A stretch of 64,000 bases of DNA from Caldisericia bacterium (GTDB taxonomy: Bacteria; Caldisericota; Caldisericia; JAAYUI01). The stretch's first letter is position 1. Each line of letters begins with the position of its first letter. The DNA is taken from positions 192,001-256,000 of the forward strand of contig OY771555.1 in NCBI GenBank assembly GCA_963674785.1, written 5' to 3'. The notes beneath the pieces were generated by a model. That model was not told the DNA's origin. It was given only the letters and a program-made list of their open reading frames with translations, and searched no databases. Of the stretch, positions 57,834-64,000 are shown piece by piece. Position numbers and translations under genes: made by a program.

Positions 57834-60176
57834 CTAGTTGTATTTTAGAATAATCTCCTTAGTTTCGGATACCCACTCAACCTCACAGCCAAGGCTTTCT
57901 GCTAGGAATCTCATTGGTACCATAGTTCTGTCATTGATGATTGTCGGAACAACATCTTGATTGTCTGGATCGATTTGTACTTCAATACCATTGACTTTGG
58001 CAATTGGTTTTCCAATCCACATTTCAACTGTAGTTTCACCAAGAGTGCAGACTACCTTCTTTTCTGTGGATTCCCAACCTACATCTCCACCAAGCGGTTC
58101 TGTTACATATCTTGCGGGAAGGAGGGTTCTACCGTTTTGGATTATTGGTGATGAGTCAATCTCAACAGTTTCATCATTAAGGGTATATGACTTTTGATCA
58201 ATCTTGAATATTAGAGTTATAGTTTTTGATTCTTCTGGGTTGGGTTCTGGGTCAGGGTCGGGTGTTGGTTCTGGGTTTGGAGCAGGTTCAGGCTCGGGTT
58301 CTGGGATATTTATAAGACCAATTGTAATTGAGATCACTCTCTCATGTTTGTCCCAATAAACATAGATTTTTGAATGAAGTGTTTCATCTTCAACTAATGA
58401 GAAATCAACTTTACTTAAATCAAACTCGATATCTATGTCGATGCTTTGAGCAGGATAGATTCTTTTGTAGCCTTCTGGATAAAATACCCAATCATCTCTG
58501 CAATCTAGTCTTACATCGGTCAACATCTCGCCAACGTTTGAAAGTGTAACTTTTACACTTGGGTTATTTGCAGTTGGGTCAATATCTTCCAATACTATTT
58601 CAGTTGGGTCACACACAATCTCTGCAGGCTGAGGACTTCTGATTTGGAGTGTTGCTGTTCCTTCAATGCCAATGGTGTCTAGTCTTGCAGTAATGGTACC
58701 CAGACCTCCATTTCTTTGTGATGCTGTGAAGAATCCATTGTCATCAATTGTTCCAAGACTGGTTGGGGTGACACTCCAGACTATCTTCTCATCTAGGTCA
58801 TCTTCACTGATGATTCTTTCTAATTCTGGGTATTGGTCATGTATTGTTGCAATAAACTGTAATGATTCTCCTGGCTCAAGAAGGTGAGTTTTATCTGGAG
58901 TTACCTCTATACTTGTTGGTATTGGTGGGTCAGGATCAGAGAAGCAGTAGACGTAGCCGGCGTAAGGTTTGAAGAGTTTTCCATCTGCAACTACATATTC
59001 TCCTGAAGTGCTTCCTCCATTTGGATATGCAACATCTAAGTCCTTATATTCCCAAAGAATATCACCATTTAAAACAGAGAATGCTCTCAGACCAGTTGAA
59101 CTAAGATTTCCAGTGTATATCTTTCCTCCAGCAACGGTCACTTTCCCATTTGGACAACATTCCTCGGATTCAGGGATTTTCTTTTCCCAAGCAATTTTTC
59201 CTTTTGATAACCTTATACTTGTTAGATAGTCTGCTTCATCTTTTCTGTTAACAAAATAGAGGTATCCATTAGCATGTGCAACAGGTCCTCTGGAACTTAT
59301 CTCTGGGATATCCCATCGAACCTTTTTTGTTATTATATTATAGCACGTAATTCCATCTTTAGCCGATACAACCAGTGATGAACCTACAAGTGTGAGGTAA
59401 CTGGATTGTTGATCTTCAAGCTCCCATTCTACAAATCCAGATTTTTCTAAATCAAAGCATTTGATGACATTACCATAATCTTCACTTCTGATTCCGACAA
59501 CCATATAATCATCATAAAAGACTGGTTCAGTAAAACTCAGATAAGTCTCTGTAGGAAAATGTTTACTCCAGTTTATCGTACCTGACTTTGTGTCAATTGA
59601 ATAAACTCGATTTCCCGAACCCTCCAAGAAAACATAGATATTGTTTTTCCAATAACCAACAGAGATAGTGGTTGTTATATACGCAATATTTGGCAATTTG
59701 GTATCCCATAATACGTTGCCTGATTGTGCATCTAAACAAAAGACATTTCCGAACTCAGCATTTTCTTCATTTGAGGTCAGGCAATATAATCTAGCATTTT
59801 GTAGCGTTGGTGTTACATCAATATCTCGATACCCTCGATACTCCCACAACTCTGCCCCATCATTTGTATCCAGACAGTATACAGTGCCAATATGTGTACA
59901 AGCATACAATCTATCACCCTCAACCAAAACTCCTCCACCATTCCCAAAACGTTCCTTATGACTTAACTGCTTCTTCCACCTTAGCACTAAATCATCTGTT
60001 TCCGGAGAACATCTTTCGCCAAACTGGTGACTTGTCCTCCCTGCATCTTTTCCGTATGTTGTCCAGGAGCAGGGTTCAGATGCATCTGTAATCTCTGAAA
60101 TCGGGTGGATACTAAAGGCAAAAGACAGGATAAAAATTGATAGCAAAACAAGTTTTAGTAATTTTTTCCTCCACAT
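57834..60176 (-). CDS. Secreted PQQ-like propeller + Ig/BACON + Pro-Glu linker + stalk protein
   Basis: WTTYGKDAGRTS; YCLD...G..LW blades; PEPEPEPAPNPEPTPDP linker; stalk. Confidence 0.85.
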   Translation of the reverse strand: MWRKKLLKLVLLSIFILSFAFSIHPISEITDASEPCSWTTYGKDAGRTSHQFGERCSPETDDLVLRWKKQLSHKERFGNGGGVLVEGDRLYACTHIGTVYCLDTNDGAELWEYRGYRDIDVTPTLQNARLYCLTSNEENAEFGNVFCLDAQSGNVLWDTKLPNIAYITTTISVGYWKNNIYVFLEGSGNRVYSIDTKSGTINWSKHFPTETYLSFTEPVFYDDYMVVGIRSEDYGNVIKCFDLEKSGFVEWELEDQQSSYLTLVGSSLVVSAKDGITCYNIITKKVRWDIPEISSRGPVAHANGYLYFVNRKDEADYLTSIRLSKGKIAWEKKIPESEECCPNGKVTVAGGKIYTGNLSSTGLRAFSVLNGDILWEYKDLDVAYPNGGSTSGEYVVADGKLFKPYAGYVYCFSDPDPPIPTSIEVTPDKTHLLEPGESLQFIATIHDQYPELERIISEDDLDEKIVWSVTPTSLGTIDDNGFFTASQRNGGLGTITARLDTIGIEGTATLQIRSPQPAEIVCDPTEIVLEDIDPTANNPSVKVTLSNVGEMLTDVRLDCRDDWVFYPEGYKRIYPAQSIDIDIEFDLSKVDFSLVEDETLHSKIYVYWDKHERVISITIGLINIPEPEPEPAPNPEPTPDPDPEPNPEESKTITLIFKIDQKSYTLNDETVEIDSSPIIQNGRTLLPARYVTEPLGGDVGWESTEKKVVCTLGETTVEMWIGKPIAKVNGIEVQIDPDNQDVVPTIINDRTMVPMRFLAESLGCEVEWVSETKEIILKYN

Positions 60177-60224
60177 GAGAAAGAAGATAGCACAAACATA
60201 TAAAGATTACAAACGAATCAATTT

Positions 60225-60252
60225 GGGTCAGTAGATATTTCTCCACTGACCC
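60225..60252. terminator. Terminator-like hairpin downstream of the GyrI-like gene
   Basis: GGGTCAGT...ACTGACCC inverted repeat; weak U-tract. Confidence 0.5.
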
Positions 60253-60263
60253 TAAAAAATTTC

Positions 60264-60746
60264 TTACCTCAACATCACCCAAATCTCAAAAACAGATTTA
60301 TCCGAACCACTCGGGTCAAACCGTTTGTCATACATCTCAAGACACCACGGAGCAATCTTGTGGTTTGAGTTTGGAAGATAATCCCTGAAGATTTCATGAT
60401 AGGTTTCATCAAGCTTTGATAGATCACCTCTATGTTCAAATACAAGCCACTTTGACTTTGGAACAGTTTTCTTCACCATTCCTTCAGGTGGCTCTGTCCC
60501 ATCTTTTACCTCAACACAGGCGATGTATTCCATGTCACCATGGTAATTCTGCTCCTCGAAATCCCCTACATCCATCTCAGATACCCCCCAGCTTCTCTCA
60601 CACAAAAGTGCATCACTTGGGATTTCAGAGGCTCTTTTGAAAAACTCCTGCCAAAGAGCTGGAATCTCACAATTTTGATTCTTTCCTTTGTAATATAGCC
60701 CAATAACTTCAAATACATCTTGATCTTGAATTCTAACTTCTTTCAC
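60264..60746 (-). CDS. GyrI-like small-molecule binding protein
   Basis: EIPALWQEF...YIACVEV...PEGM...WLVFEHRG...FEIWV; GTG start at 60746. Confidence 0.88.
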   Translation of the reverse strand: MKEVRIQDQDVFEVIGLYYKGKNQNCEIPALWQEFFKRASEIPSDALLCERSWGVSEMDVGDFEEQNYHGDMEYIACVEVKDGTEPPEGMVKKTVPKSKWLVFEHRGDLSKLDETYHEIFRDYLPNSNHKIAPWCLEMYDKRFDPSGSDKSVFEIWVMLR

Positions 60747-60754
60747 TTTTTTCC

Positions 60755-61615
60755 CTACTTTACTTTGATCCAAATCTCAAACATCGAATCTTCAGAGTCC
60801 GGGATGAATCTCTGGTCATAGGCTTCAATGTCGATTCCATCAGGTTCATGTTCGCTTTCTGGGAAATACTGAGAATAGATGTAGTGAAAAGTGTTTTTAA
60901 GGGTATCGAGTTTTCCATGATGCTCAAACACAAGCCATTTACCAGCGGGAACAACCTTTGAGGTCATTCCTTTTGGAAGAGTATCAACCTTTGTTACTTC
61001 ATGACCAGCCATGTACGTCATTATGCCGACACTATCATTTTCTGCTTCGATCTCAAACTCGTCACAGATTCCATAACATGGTCCCTCGACCTTGTTGGGG
61101 ATTTCATCCCATCTTTTGTTGTATTCACCCCACATCTGAGGAATCTCTCCGTTTTCATTTCTTCCTTTATATGTCATTCCAACGACAGTAAATGCATCCT
61201 TTTTCATGAGTTTTGGTTCTTTCATCCAAAACCTCCTTCTTGAAATAATTGTCATGAGGTTCAGCCTATGTCTTTCGAGTGTCTCAACAGACTCACCATT
61301 TTTTCTGTATTTTGCAGGTGTTGTTTTAAAAACCTTCTTAAAAGCTCTTGTGAAGGCTTCTTGGGATTCATATCCACAATCAAAAGTAATGTCAATAATT
61401 GATTTATCTGTGCCTACCAATTCCCGGGAAGCTTTGGTAAGTTTTCTTTTTCTGACATACTCCATGAGGGGTTCACCCAAAATCTGATTGAAAAGTCTCG
61501 TCAGATAAAACATTGAAATTGAAGAATTATCTGCAATATCCTCAAGTGTGAGAGGGTTACATAGATTGTCTTCGATAAATTCAATTGCCTGCTCAATTCG
61601 ATATAGGTTCTTCAT
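60755..61615 (-). CDS. AraC family regulator with C-terminal GyrI-like effector domain
   Basis: AIEFIEDNL...GYESQEAFTRAFKKVFKTTPAKYR, followed by a GyrI-like domain. Confidence 0.93.
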   Translation of the reverse strand: MKNLYRIEQAIEFIEDNLCNPLTLEDIADNSSISMFYLTRLFNQILGEPLMEYVRKRKLTKASRELVGTDKSIIDITFDCGYESQEAFTRAFKKVFKTTPAKYRKNGESVETLERHRLNLMTIISRRRFWMKEPKLMKKDAFTVVGMTYKGRNENGEIPQMWGEYNKRWDEIPNKVEGPCYGICDEFEIEAENDSVGIMTYMAGHEVTKVDTLPKGMTSKVVPAGKWLVFEHHGKLDTLKNTFHYIYSQYFPESEHEPDGIDIEAYDQRFIPDSEDSMFEIWIKVK

Positions 61616-61689
61616 GACATAAAATAGGATAATAAAAAGTCGAAGTGATTCTTGATGGAAATTGCTATAAATTCAACCTGATTTGAAAT

Positions 61690-61764
61690 TGGAGCCGAAG
61701 AGAGGATTCGAACCCCCGCACCGCAGATAAAGGGTCTGCCGCTCTTCCGCTGAGCTACTCCGGC
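61690..61764 (-). tRNA. Atypical tRNA, anticodon CUU (Lys-like), with non-canonical C33/U37
   Basis: Cloverleaf GCCGGAG-TA-GCTC-AGCGGAA-GAGC-G-GCAGA-CCCTTTA-TCTGC-GGTGC-GGGGG-TTCGAAT-CCTCT-CTTCGGC-T-CCA. Confidence 0.85.
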
Positions 61765-61894
61765 TCTCAAGAACTAAGACACATTTTAGCAACATGTCAA
61801 GTCCAAAAAAGGGTGAATAGTTACACTTTCATTAAAAATTATTTAAAGAGTTGCTCGTATCTAGCCGGGAGAAAGTGTTAAACAAGTAGAAAAA

Positions 61895-62479
61895 CTAGCT
61901 CCCAAATATCGTCTTTTCATTTTCTTTGAACCACTGTGCAAATTTTCTGAGTGCTTGCCCTCTGTGTGAAATTTTGTTTTTTTCTTCTCTTGAGATTTCT
62001 GCTGTTGTGTGAACCCCATCAAAAAGAAAGATTGGATCATACCCAAAACCATTTTCCCCTTTTGGTTTATGGGCAATCTGTCCTTCAATTGTTCCCCTGA
62101 ATATCTTATCTCCTCCGCTCCAAGTAAAGGCAACAGTGCAAACAAATCTGGCTGATCTATTCTCAACGCCTTTCATTTCATCAAGAATTTTCTGATTTGC
62201 AAGCTCTGGTGTTTCTGCATATCTTGCAGAATAAATCCCTGGTCTCCCATCTAAAGCATCAACAACCAAACCGGAATCCTCAGCTATCGTTGGTAACCCG
62301 CTTTTTGCAAACATCACCTTTGATTTGATTTTCGCATTCTGATCGAAATTGATGCCATCTTCATCAGGCATCGAAAGATTGAACCAATCGGGAGTAATAA
62401 TCTCGTAACCACCAGGAAGAAGATTTTTTACCTCTTTAATTTTTCCGAGGTTACTGGTTGCCAAAAATATTTTTTTCAT
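61895..62479 (-). CDS. rdgB: Non-canonical purine NTP pyrophosphatase (RdgB/HAM1)
   Basis: LATSNLGKIKE, EDSGL.VDALDGRPGIYSAR, GFGYDPIF and KNKISHRGQA motifs. Confidence 0.96.
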   Translation of the reverse strand: MKKIFLATSNLGKIKEVKNLLPGGYEIITPDWFNLSMPDEDGINFDQNAKIKSKVMFAKSGLPTIAEDSGLVVDALDGRPGIYSARYAETPELANQKILDEMKGVENRSARFVCTVAFTWSGGDKIFRGTIEGQIAHKPKGENGFGYDPIFLFDGVHTTAEISREEKNKISHRGQALRKFAQWFKENEKTIFGS

Positions 62480-62603
62480 TTCACCAATTCTGATGTAGTA
62501 ATTCAAATTGTCAAAGTCTTTTTTAGTAATGTTTATTAAATACTTACAAACATTCACAAATTGCGTACAATAAAAAGATAGTTCCTTTAGTCTTGGAGGA
62601 GAA

Positions 62604-64000
62604 ATGAGAAAGATACTTGCATCCTTTTTGGCACTCGCTTTATTTGTAGTTTTGTTATTAAGCGGAATCCATGGAGACGAAATCATTTATTCATTAACAC
62701 TTTTCGAACATGGATTGTCGGCTCACAAAATCACTCATGATGGCACAGAGCGAAGTTTTGAGATTTTCATCCCAAACTCATATAATGGAATCAAAGAGCA
62801 TCCCATTGTTTTTGTACTCCATGGCGGTGGAGGAAATAGCGACAGCGCACAGAAGATGTCTAATTTCTCAGAGCTTGCCGAAAAGGAAGGATTTATCTGC
62901 GTTTTTCCGAATGGGTCAGGAAGGCTCCAAGACAAATTACTTACATGGAACAGCGGGAACTGTTGTAGCTTTGCGTATGAAAACAATATTGATGATGTTG
63001 GTTTCATTGACTCAATCATCGATTTTCTACGTGAAAGATTGGTAATCAAAGAAAACATGATTTTTGCTTGTGGACTCAGTAACGGTGGCATGATGAGCTT
63101 CAGACTTGCCTGTGAGCTTTCAGAAAAGATTGCAGCAGTTGGTGTAGTCGCCGGAGCATTAAACATTGACAGTGAACCAATCCTTCCTGTATCCGTGATC
63201 CAGCTTCACGGGACTGCCGACAATCATGTTTTATATGAGGGAGGTATCGGTTCAGAACAAGTCGGAAAAGGGGACAGAGTAGACAGGCCAGTTTCATTTG
63301 CGAAAGATTTTTGGGTTAATCAAAATGGTTGCTCGGAGACCGCATCCACTGAAATCATTAATGAGGTAACAATTGACTCGTATTACGGTGGCAGACTTGG
63401 AACCGAATATAAGCTTTACACTATTGATGGGTTTGGACATGCCTGGCCAGGAGGAGCAAAAAACCGTGACAGAGCAGACGGAACAGATTGCTCAATTTCG
63501 GCCACGGAAGAGATTTGGAATTTCTTTAAATCACATCCAAAAAAGGGAAATCCGTTGGAAGAAGTCAATAACTGGGCATATCAACTGCAAGACCTGTGGG
63601 ATGAGAAAATCGATGCACTAGCAGATTCACAGTATGACATGATTGTTGTTGATCGGAACGGCTCTATCGAAGGTGAGGACGAAGATTATAATGATAGAAA
63701 TGACATCGAAAGGATTCGAGCGAGTAAAGATGATCGTCTGGTAATTTGTTATATCGATGTTGGTGAGGCGGAAAGCTACAGAAAATACTGGCAGGATGAT
63801 TGGGAGATTGGAAATCCAAAATGGATTCTTACAGCAGACCCGGATGGATGGGATGAAAACTACCTCGTGAAATTCTGGGAAAAAGAATGGGTTGACATCA
63901 TGTTAGAACAGTTTGATGAATTAGTTTCTGCTGGTTACGATGGAGCATATCTCGATTGGCTCGAAATATATGATGATCCGACTGTTATCAACGCCGCAAA
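62604..64000 (+). CDS. Secreted LpqC/PHB-depolymerase-like esterase fused to a GH114/TM1410-like glycoside hydrolase (3'-partial; missing from the ORF track)
   Basis: SD GGAGGAG plus ATG 62604; LHGGGG, WNSGNCC, DDVGFI, GLSNGGMM, HAWPGG; then WAYQLQ, CYIDVGEAESYRKYW, GYDGAYLD. Confidence 0.88.
   Translation, partial: MRKILASFLALALFVVLLLSGIHGDEIIYSLTLFEHGLSAHKITHDGTERSFEIFIPNSYNGIKEHPIVFVLHGGGGNSDSAQKMSNFSELAEKEGFICVFPNGSGRLQDKLLTWNSGNCCSFAYENNIDDVGFIDSIIDFLRERLVIKENMIFACGLSNGGMMSFRLACELSEKIAAVGVVAGALNIDSEPILPVSVIQLHGTADNHVLYEGGIGSEQVGKGDRVDRPVSFAKDFWVNQNGCSETASTEIINEVTIDSYYGGRLGTEYKLYTIDGFGHAWPGGAKNRDRADGTDCSISATEEIWNFFKSHPKKGNPLEEVNNWAYQLQDLWDEKIDALADSQYDMIVVDRNGSIEGEDEDYNDRNDIERIRASKDDRLVICYIDVGEAESYRKYWQDDWEIGNPKWILTADPDGWDENYLVKFWEKEWVDIMLEQFDELVSAGYDGAYLDWLEIYDDPTVINAA

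Noticed and set aside
61728-61734. Reading the tRNA as an ochre suppressor (UUA) or Arg (CCU)
   Set aside because: The 5-bp stem fixes a 7-nt loop with CUU at positions 34-36; the other readings need a register shift that has no support.
62710-63621. Short tracked ORFs near the window end
   Set aside because: All are off-frame or antisense to the long partial CDS starting at 62604.
1-64000. CRISPR array, IS/transposase, integrase, prophage or diversity-generating retroelement
   Set aside because: No regularly spaced repeats and no recombinase, RT or phage genes were recognised; differences between the stalk paralogues are mostly synonymous and not adenine-specific.

Overview
A 64 kb, roughly 35-38% GC, gene-dense chromosomal segment from an anaerobic bacterium. 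The nine secreted proteins carrying copper-amine-oxidase N-terminal ('stalk') domains, together with PQQ/NHL propellers, suggest Caldisericota or a similar lineage (inference only). Housekeeping genes include ispH, ispF, a polyprenyl synthase, priA, def, guaA, accB, Mrp/ApbC, hypF-hypC-hypD, rdgB, a LipS2-type radical SAM enzyme and 6S RNA. Main points of interest: (1) an unannotated GC-rich multi-hairpin RNA at about 16.6-16.77 kb (minus strand) presenting several C-rich, anti-Shine-Dalgarno-like loops, in a genome where many genes look leaderless; (2) a tRNA with a non-canonical anticodon loop (C33/U37, anticodon CUU); (3) a 2.8 kb integrase-less islet at the guaA 3' end, bounded by a 16-bp near-perfect direct repeat and carrying a fused ABC-ATPase/TOPRIM (PARIS-like) gene; (4) an NHL-stalk gene split by a single in-frame TAG; (5) a 2258-aa Cys-rich OB-fold repeat surface protein; (6) several altered active sites (Cys-to-Ser glutamine amidotransferase, PriA pseudohelicase, degenerate PLD) and unusual translation starts (a CTG start and an internal SD-led start). 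All assignments come from reading motifs by eye; no database searches were run.
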